Assembly (NCBI GenBank): GCA_037129835.1
Contig: JBAXUE010000001.1
Coordinates: forward strand, 90,085-154,084
From: a bacterium
Lineage (GTDB): Bacteria > Patescibacteriota > CPR2 > UBA1875 > CAIMLA01
Length of the DNA stretch: 64,000 nucleotides
Direction: 5' to 3'
Shown: one piece after another, positions 28,100 to 38,022 of the stretch
Numbering within the stretch: the stretch's first letter is position 1
Layout: each line of letters starts with the position of its first letter
Translations under genes and position numbers: made by a program
Notes under the pieces: model-generated
Told to the model about the DNA's origin: nothing
Seen by the model: only the letters and a program-made list of their open reading frames with translations
Database searches by the model: none

Positions 28100-29854
28100 A
28101 TGGCGATAAAAACCAAAAAGATTAGATCCCCGCGGAATCTTAACGAATTGTTCTGGGAAAGCGTTCAGAATTTTCCAGATAATGAGGCTTTGTGTTTTCT
28201 CAAGGGTCATCATTACGAAAGTTTAAGTTATAGAGAATTATCTCAAGAAGCAATAAGCCTTGCATGCGGCCTAGAAAACCTCGGCTTCAAAAGTGGCGAT
28301 GCTGCTGTTATTTTTTCTGAAAACCGACCCGAGTGGCCTATCTGTGACATTGCCTTTAATATGTTGGGGGTAATTAACGTCCCAATACATAGTGTCCTTT
28401 CAGCTTCACAGTTAGCTCATATCCTAGATGAAATAAAGCCAAAGGCAATATTTTTTTCAAATATTAATATTGAAACAAAACTACTCGATATATCAGAACA
28501 GATAAGTAAGATTGATTATTTATTTTCTTTTGAAGATATAGGAGAAAATGGCTTTAATAAATTAAATTATTTTAAATCCTTTATAAGGAAGCAGGCCCCT
28601 AGTGAACTGAAGAGTAAGCAGATTGTTGAAAATGGTTTGTCTATTAGTCCAGATCAAGTGTGTAGTATTATTTATACTTCGGGCACAACTGGTCATATGA
28701 AGGGCGTTAAGTTAACTCATAGAAATTTTGTATTTGACACTTTGGCGTTAATGAAATGGGTAGATGTACGCCCTACAGATAAATTCTTCTCAATATTGCC
28801 ATTGTCTCATGTTCTAGAAAGAACGGTTGGATATTATGTTGCTATTTATTCTGGTTCGAGCGTCGGATATTCTATTGATCTCGCGAAAGTTTCTGAGGAA
28901 TTAAGGGCGAGAAAACCCAATATCGTGATCGCAGTTCCTAGATTATTCGAAAAGATATATGAAAAAGTAATAGTAAAAATAAATAATAATTTTTTCGTAA
29001 AAAATCTATTTCACTATGCATTCAGGGTAAAAAAAGCTGGTAGAAGTAAGGTATTAATCTCATTTTTTGATAAGCTTCTTTTTTCAAAAATTAGAGATAA
29101 CTTTGGTGGAGAAGTAAGGTTTTTTGTCTCAGGCGGAGCGGCTTTGTCACCCAAGATAGCTGACTTTTTTGATACTATTGGGTTACCCATATTAGAAGGA
29201 TATGGCCTGACTGAGACTGCCCCGGTTATTTCAACTAACCGTTTAGAGGATTATAAGTTTGGAACCGTTGGTCCAGTCCTTGAAGGCTTAGAGGTAGAAA
29301 TACGCGAAGGTGGTGAAATCTGTGTCAAAGGACCCAATGTCTCGCCAGGATACGTTAGGAAAACCGATAATAAGGATGTTTTTAAGGATGGTTGGTTTTA
29401 TACTGGGGATCTAGGGAATTTTGATCGTCATGGATTTTTAATTATTACTGGGCGAAAGAAAGACTTGATAGTTCTTTCTACTGGCAAAAAAGTCGCACCC
29501 GGAATTATAGAAGAGCGTTTAAGCGAAAGTATATTTATTGATCAGTCCTATGTATTTGGGGAAGGAAGAAAACATATTGGGGCTATTATAGTTCCTAACT
29601 TTGAGGCCTTAAAGGAAATATTTGGTAGCGAAGGCACTGCTAAATTGATAACAAACCCTCGAGTAAATGAGTTGCTGGCTAATGAATTAATGAGACTAAC
29701 AAATCATCTTGCTTCATATGAAAAAATCCAAAAATTTATCCTAATAAAAAAGCCATTTACTATAGAAAGTGGAGAGTTAACACCAAAACTATCATTGCGT
29801 AGACACGTGATATATTCTACCTACTTAGATTATATAGAGAAAATATACCAATAA
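28100..29854 (+). CDS. Long-chain fatty acid--CoA ligase
   Basis: YTSGTTG..KG, EGYGLTET, FYTGDLG, GRKKDLI, GELTP..LRR. Confidence 0.9.
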   Translation: MAIKTKKIRSPRNLNELFWESVQNFPDNEALCFLKGHHYESLSYRELSQEAISLACGLENLGFKSGDAAVIFSENRPEWPICDIAFNMLGVINVPIHSVLSASQLAHILDEIKPKAIFFSNINIETKLLDISEQISKIDYLFSFEDIGENGFNKLNYFKSFIRKQAPSELKSKQIVENGLSISPDQVCSIIYTSGTTGHMKGVKLTHRNFVFDTLALMKWVDVRPTDKFFSILPLSHVLERTVGYYVAIYSGSSVGYSIDLAKVSEELRARKPNIVIAVPRLFEKIYEKVIVKINNNFFVKNLFHYAFRVKKAGRSKVLISFFDKLLFSKIRDNFGGEVRFFVSGGAALSPKIADFFDTIGLPILEGYGLTETAPVISTNRLEDYKFGTVGPVLEGLEVEIREGGEICVKGPNVSPGYVRKTDNKDVFKDGWFYTGDLGNFDRHGFLIITGRKKDLIVLSTGKKVAPGIIEERLSESIFIDQSYVFGEGRKHIGAIIVPNFEALKEIFGSEGTAKLITNPRVNELLANELMRLTNHLASYEKIQKFILIKKPFTIESGELTPKLSLRRHVIYSTYLDYIEKIYQ

Positions 29855-29908
29855 GGGTATGCAATTTTTTCTTAAAGAAGCTATAATATTTAGTATGTGG
29901 GAGGGTCT

Positions 29909-32656
29909 ATGAGTCCTGATAAAGTTGAAACCGGTGAATCTACCAAAGAAACTAACAAGGGGAAAAAGGCGGAGTGGGAAGTCGATACAATAAATTCTGC
30001 TCTAGAAACAGCGCTCAAAACAGGAGACGAGGAATTAATCAAAGCGGCCCGAGCTTCTCTTGAGGGGGCTCAGGACGGTAGGATGGATCGTCAAGACGAT
30101 TTTATCTCTCCAGAAGTAAAGACAACTATCAAGAGAGGAGGTTCATCTCTAGAGACGGTTGTTCCTTTTGCAGAAAATAAAGACGGTGAAACATTTACTA
30201 CGTTTGATGCTGCTGTAGATAAGCACAAAGGGGGGGAAGCGGTCAAGGAGGCTGCTACCAAACTTCAAGAGAAGAGAACATTGGGTACTCTAGAAGCAGA
30301 TGATGTTGATCTCAAGACGGTTTTGGATTTTCTTGCGGCCGCTAAAGCCGAGGAAGCGAAAGAAGTTGTATTACAAGCCGTAAAACAGGCTGAATATAAG
30401 GCTATTGCCAATACTTTTGAGATGTATGTTGCTGAAGGCGAAACAGTTAAAGATAAAGAAAACCTTCAGTATTTAGTTAATTATCTAAGTGATGGTTTAA
30501 ATGAGTCAGAGTTTTCCAAAGATCGTTTAGAGTCAGCAACAGTTTCTTTGAGTAAGTTGATTCAATCAGCCAGATCTGGAAAGTCTGTCGGTGTGGCTGG
30601 AAACCCCCTTGAAACCGAACATAATTCAGCAAAAGAATCGATTGCCGTACACGCGCAAGCTTTTTATGAAAAAATAAGTGAAAAGATGTCAACCGAAGAC
30701 AATAAGCGCGCAATTGATAATAACAATGATATGGAAGGGCTTATGCTGAAGCTTGAAGAGTGGAAATCTGAAGCAAGAGAAACTAAACTAGAAGCTGAAG
30801 CCAAGAGCGGAGAAGAGAAATTAGAAGAAATATCCAAGGCACAAGATGAGCTAAAAGCCATTGTTGCAGAACAAGGCAAAGCACTTTTAGAAGTTGAAAC
30901 TGCTTTGGCAATAATTGAAGGTAAATATGACGAGCAAGGCAAGGCACTCCAAGAGGCTGAAGCTGCCCTGGCAGCGCTAGAAGGTAAAAATAACGAACCG
31001 GCTGACGAAAAGGCACTAAATAATGGTGAGAATGTTCAAAAATTGGAAGGACAATCCGAAAAGTTTACTTTAGATAAAATACATAAATTTTTGGAAGACA
31101 ATTTAGACAAAGAAGATATTCAGGAGCTATATAAGAAACTCTACAGCATTGGCTATAATCGCGATGAAATAGTGGACAGTAATATTGAGAATTACTTTAG
31201 TGATAATGCGTCTATTCAGATGGAAAGTCTTGAGGCAAAGTTAATTTCAGCAAACTATACACCAGAAGAGATTAGCCGTGCCAAAGAAAAGTTACGAGTT
31301 GGCGGTATTGATATGGGTGAGCCTAATCCGACTCCGGTTGATGGTGGCGTAGAAACCGAGCAAAATTCTGCAGATCCTCTTGAGGCACCCATAAGTCAAG
31401 ATCAACAAGCAGGGGAACTTCTTGATGGAGACGCAGACGTTGTTGGCGAAGAAATAAGAGATTTGGAACAACCTGACGGTAACGCAGAAACTGAGCAACA
31501 TTCTGTGGAACCACTTGAGTCAAACATGAATCAAGACCAACGGGTTGAGGAACTTCTTGATGGAGAAACAGATGGCGTTGGTGAAGAAATAAGCGTTTTA
31601 GAACAACTTGGGCTTACGGAATTACCAGATTTCCAGGAGGTTAAAGATGCAAAAGAAGCATACCTAAAAGCTTTGATAACGAGGCAAAAATGGCGAGGAA
31701 GAACCAGTGCAGAGAATACACGTGAGCTAAGAGCAAATTATCTAGAGGTGTTTACTAATTTCTTGCAAAGAAATATTGGAGATGTTGCCCAAAATGAGCT
31801 CCAGAGCTTAACAGGACAACAGAGAGCTGAGAAGATTAGAGAAATATCACATACTTTGTCACAAGTTCTAGTTGAGGAAGTTTATAATCTATCGAATACT
31901 GAAAGCGAATTGTGCAATGAGGGCGCAGGCAACAAAATAGTAAATTTTGTTAGAAGACATCCGTTTTTGAGAATGGCAATTAGTGGTGCTTTAGTAGTAG
32001 GTAATGCTGGTCTGACCGCCGCTGCTCTTTCCAATCCAGCACTTTTTTGGGCGCTCCCAGTACTCTTAACTTCAAATGTCGCTTTGCAGTCTGCTTCTAT
32101 GGAGGGTGCTTTTGAAGGCATTGGAATTGGGTATAGCAAAAGAGATATCGCCCAGAAACGCTTTGCGGAGATCAAATCTCGCATAGCTGAATCTCGCTTA
32201 GGTCAATCTCGTCTAGGAAAAATATTTGGCGTAAAAGAAAAAGGATCTATAAGGGATATACCTGAAGATGAGCTAGAAAAGTTGACTTCGCCTCAGATAA
32301 ATAAACGCTTCGCAGCAATCCAATCCCATCTAGTGCGCACGGGTGAATCTATCGATAAAGCCGGTGCTAGAGAAAAGGAGCTCTTTAAACAACTTCAGAT
32401 TGCTATGGCCGAAGATATTCAGAAAAGTATCGAAGGACAGCTGAAACGCAACGAAGCGGTATCCGATGTTATAATACAAGAGCTTATTACGAAGCCATAT
32501 CGAGAAACTTTACGTGAGTTTGAGTTTGGGCATGAAAAATTAAGAAGAGCTTCCCTCAGAAGATGGGCTGGAACATTGAGTTCACCGGGCGCAATAGCGG
32601 CATTGATTTCTTGGAAGTATGAGCCAAAGGAACCAACCCCTGAAAGTAATAGATAA
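29909..32656 (+). CDS. Large acidic coiled-coil hypothetical protein with internal repeats and a hydrophobic hairpin
   Basis: SD GGAGGG; 21-aa and 45-aa duplications; hydrophobic segment near aa 690-735. Confidence 0.75.
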   Translation: MSPDKVETGESTKETNKGKKAEWEVDTINSALETALKTGDEELIKAARASLEGAQDGRMDRQDDFISPEVKTTIKRGGSSLETVVPFAENKDGETFTTFDAAVDKHKGGEAVKEAATKLQEKRTLGTLEADDVDLKTVLDFLAAAKAEEAKEVVLQAVKQAEYKAIANTFEMYVAEGETVKDKENLQYLVNYLSDGLNESEFSKDRLESATVSLSKLIQSARSGKSVGVAGNPLETEHNSAKESIAVHAQAFYEKISEKMSTEDNKRAIDNNNDMEGLMLKLEEWKSEARETKLEAEAKSGEEKLEEISKAQDELKAIVAEQGKALLEVETALAIIEGKYDEQGKALQEAEAALAALEGKNNEPADEKALNNGENVQKLEGQSEKFTLDKIHKFLEDNLDKEDIQELYKKLYSIGYNRDEIVDSNIENYFSDNASIQMESLEAKLISANYTPEEISRAKEKLRVGGIDMGEPNPTPVDGGVETEQNSADPLEAPISQDQQAGELLDGDADVVGEEIRDLEQPDGNAETEQHSVEPLESNMNQDQRVEELLDGETDGVGEEISVLEQLGLTELPDFQEVKDAKEAYLKALITRQKWRGRTSAENTRELRANYLEVFTNFLQRNIGDVAQNELQSLTGQQRAEKIREISHTLSQVLVEEVYNLSNTESELCNEGAGNKIVNFVRRHPFLRMAISGALVVGNAGLTAAALSNPALFWALPVLLTSNVALQSASMEGAFEGIGIGYSKRDIAQKRFAEIKSRIAESRLGQSRLGKIFGVKEKGSIRDIPEDELEKLTSPQINKRFAAIQSHLVRTGESIDKAGAREKELFKQLQIAMAEDIQKSIEGQLKRNEAVSDVIIQELITKPYRETLREFEFGHEKLRRASLRRWAGTLSSPGAIAALISWKYEPKEPTPESNR

Positions 32657-32681
32657 TAAATAAACTAAATTGGAGGGAATT

Positions 32682-33014
32682 ATGCCATCAAATATTGAGA
32701 TAATACAGGATTTAAAATTAGCTGATCTCCCAGAAGAAGAACAAAATAAAGTTCTGGCTCAGATTGCAGAAACTATACAGAATAGAATAGCTATTCGCGT
32801 AGATGGAATATTAACCGATCAACAGAAGATTGAGTATGACGGGCTAATTACCGCTGGCAACCAAGATGAGTCGGACAAATATCTTGACGAAAAGATCCCT
32901 AATTTAAGCGATATGGTTGCCGAAGAGTACACCTCACTTCGTAAGGAGCTCATAGAAAGAAACGAAATTATACTTGCTGCAATAGATAAAGCGACTAAAA
33001 AACTAGATAGCTAG
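32682..33014 (+). CDS. DUF5663-like CPR protein
   Basis: L.L..LPEEEQ...L..I.ET...RI...LT..Q..E....IPN...V.EE pattern; SD GGAGGG. Confidence 0.7.
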   Translation: MPSNIEIIQDLKLADLPEEEQNKVLAQIAETIQNRIAIRVDGILTDQQKIEYDGLITAGNQDESDKYLDEKIPNLSDMVAEEYTSLRKELIERNEIILAAIDKATKKLDS

Positions 33015-33045
33015 CAGTCCTAGAGCTCCGGCCAGGCACAACCTT

Positions 33046-33098
33046 GTTAACGTTGACAACTATTGTTAACAAGTGTTAACATAAAAAAAGAGGTTAAC
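33046..33098 (+). promoter_or_regulatory. Promoter covered by repeated GTTAAC palindromes
   Basis: GTTAAC at 33046, 33065, 33075 and 33093, plus GTTGAC overlapping TTGACA at 33053. Confidence 0.65.
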
Positions 33099-33350
33099 AT
33101 GACAAATAGTTATATTAGTACTACGCAGGCGGCAAAAATTCTTGGTATTAGTAGAATTGCAGTATTTAATCAAATAAAAAGTGGTAAAATACCAGCTCAA
33201 AAGGTGGGAAGAAACTATGTTATTAACCGTAAGGATATTGGCGGCATATTTCGGACTATTACCGCAAACGATAAGAGGAAGATCAATAAAGCGGTAGGCA
33301 AGGTACTTAAAGATTATTCATCAGCATTAAAGAAGCTGGGCAAAGAGTGA
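33099..33350 (+). CDS. Excisionase-like HTH (HTH_17) protein, putative antitoxin
   Basis: YISTTQAAKILGISR..V...IKSGKIPAQKVGRNY; Phd/Doc-partner-like tail YSSALKKLG. Confidence 0.8.
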   Translation: MTNSYISTTQAAKILGISRIAVFNQIKSGKIPAQKVGRNYVINRKDIGGIFRTITANDKRKINKAVGKVLKDYSSALKKLGKE

Positions 33351-33766
33351 TGAAGGCGATAACCGTCGCAGAGGTGGAATATCTAGCTTATGAGCTCGCC
33401 GAGAAACAGATGGCGTGGAATGAGCCGATCCCAGATTTTGGTACTAGATATGTTGGCAAACTGGAAAGCTGTTTATCCGCGGGTTTTCAGACTTATGCGA
33501 AGAAAGAGTTATATCCAGGTTTATTGGACAAGGTCTCTATTATTTTTTACCTGATGATCAAAAATCATCCCTTTATGAACGGAAATAAACGTATCGCGAT
33601 AGCTACTATACTGACTTTTCTATATATAAATGAGAAATGGCTTGATGTCAGCAACGATGAGCTTTATCACTTTGCTATATGGGTGGCTGCCAGCAACCCG
33701 AGGCTTAAAGATGGTGTCGTCCTTGCTATCCATAGTTTTATCAAAAGCGGAATGATAGATTTATAG
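33347..33766 (+). CDS. Doc-type Fic-domain toxin
   Basis: HPFMNGNKRIA motif; overlaps the upstream gene. Confidence 0.88.
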   Translation: MMKAITVAEVEYLAYELAEKQMAWNEPIPDFGTRYVGKLESCLSAGFQTYAKKELYPGLLDKVSIIFYLMIKNHPFMNGNKRIAIATILTFLYINEKWLDVSNDELYHFAIWVAASNPRLKDGVVLAIHSFIKSGMIDL

Positions 33767-33848
33767 AGCCGTAGAAATAAAACTATTGTAGAAAACTAAA
33801 AAGAGGAGTATATTTCTTGCCAATAGTAATTTTATAGATGGGGAATAA

Positions 33849-35126
33849 GTGGAAAGATTTAAAGACATTCCTGATTTGGCAAAGTGGAAGGCTCTGATAA
33901 TAGACTACGGTATCGAGCTAGCAGAAAAGAGTATATTTAATAACCTCCCAAATATTAACGACTACAAAATAAAATATAGAATTAAGCACCCTGAAGTAAA
34001 GGGCCTAAAAGTCACCGACAATTCCGGGGACATTTTTTTTATACCTGAAGAGATAATAATTTCAAAGAATGGAAAAAAATCTTTGGTAAAGCTGAATTAC
34101 CGGAAAAACTCACCTCTGGTATTAAGCATAGAGGATGGTAAAATCGTGCTCTTAGAAAAAGGTATAACGAAGGTATCAATAAGTATTGAATTAGTCAAAA
34201 AGAGAAAATATCAGTTTCACAAGATGCCGAAAGAACTTAATCCTTTAGAGCCGTCTCTTAAGGATTTTGTTCAAGTAATAGGATTAGACAGGATAGCTAT
34301 TATGGAATTTGAGGGTTGTTGGCATTGGAACACAGGAAATGCCTGTAAATTTTGTGATACAAATCCTAAAAGACCAGGAATAATAAGTGGAATGCCAAGC
34401 GTGAATACATTGTCAGATTATAATCTAAATGTCGATGATTGGTGGAATTCGGTAAAAGACAATTACTACCAGGGTATCGAATATACCTTTAAAAAGATTC
34501 TTCAAGAAGAAATAATATCACCCCATCAACACTTCCAGTTAATGTCCGGTAATTTGCCCAATACTAGGAAAATTTGGGAGATATCCGGAGAAATTGCGGA
34601 AGTTGTTAATAGGGTTAGGCCAATTAAACAATTTGATAGTTATCTAAATATCGCTGCCCCAAGAGAAGATCAGGAACAATGGCTAAGTAAGGCTAAGTAT
34701 GATTGGGGATTTAATAATATGGTTTTTAACCTGGAGGTTATCGGTAGGGATAGATTTAGAGAAGTTTGCCCTGGAAAATCTGCACTTATGGGATACGAAA
34801 ATACGATCAACTGTATGGAGATGTCTGTAAAAATTTTTGGCAGGGGCAATGTCAGAAGTAATTTTGTTCTAGGTGCACAGCCGGTCGATGAGCTACTAAG
34901 AGGCATTGAAGATTTGGCAGAAAAAGGAATTGTGGCGGATTATAGTATTTTTTCACCGAAAAAAGGAACTCCTTGGGAAGATAGAACATCTCCAGACATG
35001 GAAACAATAGTGAATTTCTCTCAAGAACTAGCGAAAATATATAAAAAGTATGGCTACAGCGGTATATATTGTAGCTTAAGCAGCCGCTCCAATATATTAC
35101 ATGAACTAATGGAATCTGAAGAGTAA
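33849..35126 (+). CDS. Radical SAM protein with a CX8CX2C motif (biotin synthase-related / MSMEG_0568-like)
   Basis: CWHWNTGNACKFC; NLEV...VCPGK; FGRGNVRSNFVLG; P..GTP. Confidence 0.8.
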   Translation: MERFKDIPDLAKWKALIIDYGIELAEKSIFNNLPNINDYKIKYRIKHPEVKGLKVTDNSGDIFFIPEEIIISKNGKKSLVKLNYRKNSPLVLSIEDGKIVLLEKGITKVSISIELVKKRKYQFHKMPKELNPLEPSLKDFVQVIGLDRIAIMEFEGCWHWNTGNACKFCDTNPKRPGIISGMPSVNTLSDYNLNVDDWWNSVKDNYYQGIEYTFKKILQEEIISPHQHFQLMSGNLPNTRKIWEISGEIAEVVNRVRPIKQFDSYLNIAAPREDQEQWLSKAKYDWGFNNMVFNLEVIGRDRFREVCPGKSALMGYENTINCMEMSVKIFGRGNVRSNFVLGAQPVDELLRGIEDLAEKGIVADYSIFSPKKGTPWEDRTSPDMETIVNFSQELAKIYKKYGYSGIYCSLSSRSNILHELMESEE

Positions 35127-35128
35127 AA

Positions 35129-36157
35129 ATGAAAGCATTAGAAACAAAATTAGCGGAATTGGTTATTTTTGATGATAGTCATCAAAGAGAAGAAGTATCC
35201 CTTATGACTTATAGCGTAGAGGAGCTATATGTCAGGATGAAGGATGGATGGACTTTTAAAAGACACCCAGAAGGTTTTATATTAAGAGCCCCAGAGGAGT
35301 GGTTTGTAGATCTTAGCGATCCTTATAAGGTTATTTACCATGCAAAAATAGAAGAGAATTTAGCATACTTTCTATTTATTAGAGATCTTATAAAAGACAA
35401 TAATTTTGAAAATTATCTACATACTATTCTTAAGAAGTATCATATTGGTAATTTTAGTTTTATTTTACTAAAGGGGCCTTCATTAAAAACAGAAGTTAGA
35501 TTGGCAGGGTCAGATAAAAGAATCAGTTTATTAAAAGATTACTCGTTTTTTGAATTTGAGCAAAATAATCTGTTTAATTGTTATGTAGAAAAGGCAAATA
35601 AAATTTTACGAAAAGATTTTAAGTTTAAATCCAAAAGAGTATCTATCTACGATCAACCAGTGGCGATAAGAGACTTCTTTTTTTCGCTTAAAGATCAGTT
35701 TTCACCATTAAACAATTTTCAAAAAGATACATTTAATAATGTTTTTTTTGAGGATTTATTTAAGGGCGTTCCAGAGGCAGATGTTTATCTGTTTATTCCT
35801 TATGGGTGTTTTAGATATATTTCTAGTTTTGTCGTAGCTCATAAAACTAGCAAAATTATGCTCTGGGAGCTACATACAGACAAACATTATTCTCAAACTA
35901 GTAAATACATGGCGAAGAATTTAAAGGGGAAAAATGTTTTGATCATAGATAATTCTTATACTGGCAAAACACTTACCATGATGGCAGACTTAGTAAAAAA
36001 GGAAGGCGGTAACCCTATTCGGTTAGCACTTTTCCCTAAAAGTGAATTGTCTATTCGAAATTCTGAGTATGTTTTGTTTGTTAATAAATTTTTTAGTTCG
36101 AAAGATATAAATTTGGTCGAGGATGATTGGTTTTTAGAAATGTATAAAAATTTGTAG
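35129..36157 (+). CDS. Protein with a C-terminal type I phosphoribosyltransferase-like domain
   Basis: LKGKNVLIIDNSYTGKTL resembles the PRPP-binding loop. Confidence 0.65.
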   Translation: MKALETKLAELVIFDDSHQREEVSLMTYSVEELYVRMKDGWTFKRHPEGFILRAPEEWFVDLSDPYKVIYHAKIEENLAYFLFIRDLIKDNNFENYLHTILKKYHIGNFSFILLKGPSLKTEVRLAGSDKRISLLKDYSFFEFEQNNLFNCYVEKANKILRKDFKFKSKRVSIYDQPVAIRDFFFSLKDQFSPLNNFQKDTFNNVFFEDLFKGVPEADVYLFIPYGCFRYISSFVVAHKTSKIMLWELHTDKHYSQTSKYMAKNLKGKNVLIIDNSYTGKTLTMMADLVKKEGGNPIRLALFPKSELSIRNSEYVLFVNKFFSSKDINLVEDDWFLEMYKNL

Positions 36158-36165
36158 GAGGATTT

Positions 36166-36747
36166 ATGACAAAACCGGAAAAAAATATCGAAAAAGAAAT
36201 CAAAATAAAAGTCGAAAATATTGCCGAGATAGGTGAAATATTAAAACGGAAAAATGCCAAGTGTCTTGGTAAATCTTTTCAGAGGACAATTCGGTTTGAC
36301 ACTGAAGATTGTGATTTAGAAAAAAATAAAACATTTATTCGGGTCCGTTCTGGTTTTGGGAACGTAGTTACGTTGAAAAAGAAAACAAAAACAAATGAAA
36401 ATGTTTTTGAAAGAGTCGAGCTAGAAACAGAAGTGTCGGACATTGAAATTATGAGAAAAATTTTCCACAACCTGGGCTATACTCGTGAATTTATCATGGA
36501 AAAATATCGAACAAATTGGGAATATAATGATACTAAAATTTCCTTTGATGAAATGCCTTTTGGTTTGTATGTGGAAATTGAAGGCGAAGAAGCAGAAATA
36601 TTCGAAACTGCCGAAGAGCTTGGACTTGATTTGAGCAACAAAATCACAGTTACTTATTGGGATTTATTTGAAGATTACAAAAAAGAAACTGGAATCTCTG
36701 GCGAAAATATAGTTTTTTCAAAGGGGTACAAGTCTAAATCAAGCTAA
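36166..36747 (+). CDS. CYTH-domain protein (class IV adenylate cyclase / triphosphatase)
   Basis: EKEIK, RVR, TLK, E.ET, EKYR, FDE, VEIEG. Confidence 0.88.
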   Translation: MTKPEKNIEKEIKIKVENIAEIGEILKRKNAKCLGKSFQRTIRFDTEDCDLEKNKTFIRVRSGFGNVVTLKKKTKTNENVFERVELETEVSDIEIMRKIFHNLGYTREFIMEKYRTNWEYNDTKISFDEMPFGLYVEIEGEEAEIFETAEELGLDLSNKITVTYWDLFEDYKKETGISGENIVFSKGYKSKSS

Positions 36748-36849
36748 GAACTACATAGTTTGGTAACATAGACAGTATTTATATTATTTAAATTGCTGCT
36801 TCTTGGCAGTGCATCTTTACAACCATCCATCTCTTGAAAGGGGGCGGAA

Positions 36850-37524
36850 ATGAAAGACTTTGAGGTTGCAGAACGACTTTACAGCGTCAATGGGCCTGAC
36901 GGGTCAGGGAAGACTATTTTCGTTCGGTACTTGGCAGCCGAAATGGCTTCAATTGCCCCCACGATAGTAGTCAAGCCTTCACTGTTCTCAGAGTCATCGG
37001 CGTCTCGGAGTATCGGAGATCTCTTCGCCAAAGACGTAGAGGTAAAGAAGGACAGTAGGGTACGGAATACCTACTTCCTTGAGACTCTCAGCGTCAACTA
37101 CCGAGACAGAGTCATTCCGTTGCTGGAGCAGGGTTACTGTGTAATCCTGGATTCATCGGAGATCCGGGATGTAGCTTTTACAAAGGATATCTCGGATGAG
37201 TTGGCTCACTCAGATACACTTGAGTGGGTTCAAAGCGGAAAGCTGACTCATCGAACAGTCGCGAAGCATCAAGTATTTCTCTACTCGGAAGCCGAAGATC
37301 TCTTTGCCAATATCCTTGCAAGAGGAGAGTTTGGCTATGGAGATCCAAGGAGCTTGGAAGAGGCAGAACGTCGTCTCTTGTGCTATCAGGAAGCCTTCAA
37401 GCTTTTCCGCTTGATGGCTCCCGAAGAAGTCAACTGGCACTATCTGGAAAATCCTCGAGTACTTAATTTCGAGGAACAGCTTCGGCTACTGAGCCGACGA
37501 GTTATCGAAGGAGCAAGCTCATGA
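36850..37524 (+). CDS. Thymidylate/NMP kinase-like P-loop protein
   Basis: NGPDGSGKT; VIPLLEQGYCVILDS; ILARG lid; SD AAAGGGGG. Confidence 0.7.
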   Translation: MKDFEVAERLYSVNGPDGSGKTIFVRYLAAEMASIAPTIVVKPSLFSESSASRSIGDLFAKDVEVKKDSRVRNTYFLETLSVNYRDRVIPLLEQGYCVILDSSEIRDVAFTKDISDELAHSDTLEWVQSGKLTHRTVAKHQVFLYSEAEDLFANILARGEFGYGDPRSLEEAERRLLCYQEAFKLFRLMAPEEVNWHYLENPRVLNFEEQLRLLSRRVIEGASS

Positions 37525-37994
37525 ACAAAGCATCCAAGTACGGTCTCAACACAATTAGAAATCAACTTGAGGCCGAGAAGGTTCGCTTGGTTGCCATACG
37601 CGAGAGCAAAGCGCTCGCGGCGGGGGACCAAGACAGCTGGCATGACGAGCAGTTCAAGACAGAGATGCAGGAAGAGACGAAGTCTCTAGATAGCATCGGT
37701 CATCTCGAACAGCTGCTCGATTCCCTAAAGGAGCATCAACCAGATGGGAATGATGTCGTTGACATCGGACACTATGTCACCCTGTCTTTCCCCGAAAAGG
37801 GGGAGAAGACCTTTTGGGTTGATGGGGTTGTAGTCTCTGGTCTTGCCCACGACACGGTTACTGTGGAGAGTCCTATCGGCAAAGTCATAATCGGCTCAAG
37901 AAGAGGTCAGACAGCCACATACGTGGTAGGCACAAGCAGTGTCCAACTCCAGGTTGTCGACATCTTCCTTCCGGAAGATCTTCCACCGTTGTAG
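37521..37994 (+). CDS. Divergent GreA/GreB-family factor
   Basis: N-terminal coiled coil with DSWHD tip; VDIGHYV; TVESPIGKVIIG. Confidence 0.75.
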   Translation: MNKASKYGLNTIRNQLEAEKVRLVAIRESKALAAGDQDSWHDEQFKTEMQEETKSLDSIGHLEQLLDSLKEHQPDGNDVVDIGHYVTLSFPEKGEKTFWVDGVVVSGLAHDTVTVESPIGKVIIGSRRGQTATYVVGTSSVQLQVVDIFLPEDLPPL

Positions 37995-38022
37995 CCTTGC
38001 AGCATCAAGAGAATGGGTGAAT

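Noticed and set aside
33063-33350. Prophage excisionase
   Set aside because: No integrase or phage genes nearby; coupling to Doc points to a TA module
33849-35126. Prokaryotic viperin
   Set aside because: Viperins have CX3CX2C near the N-terminus; this protein has CX8CX2C and biotin-synthase-related C-terminal motifs
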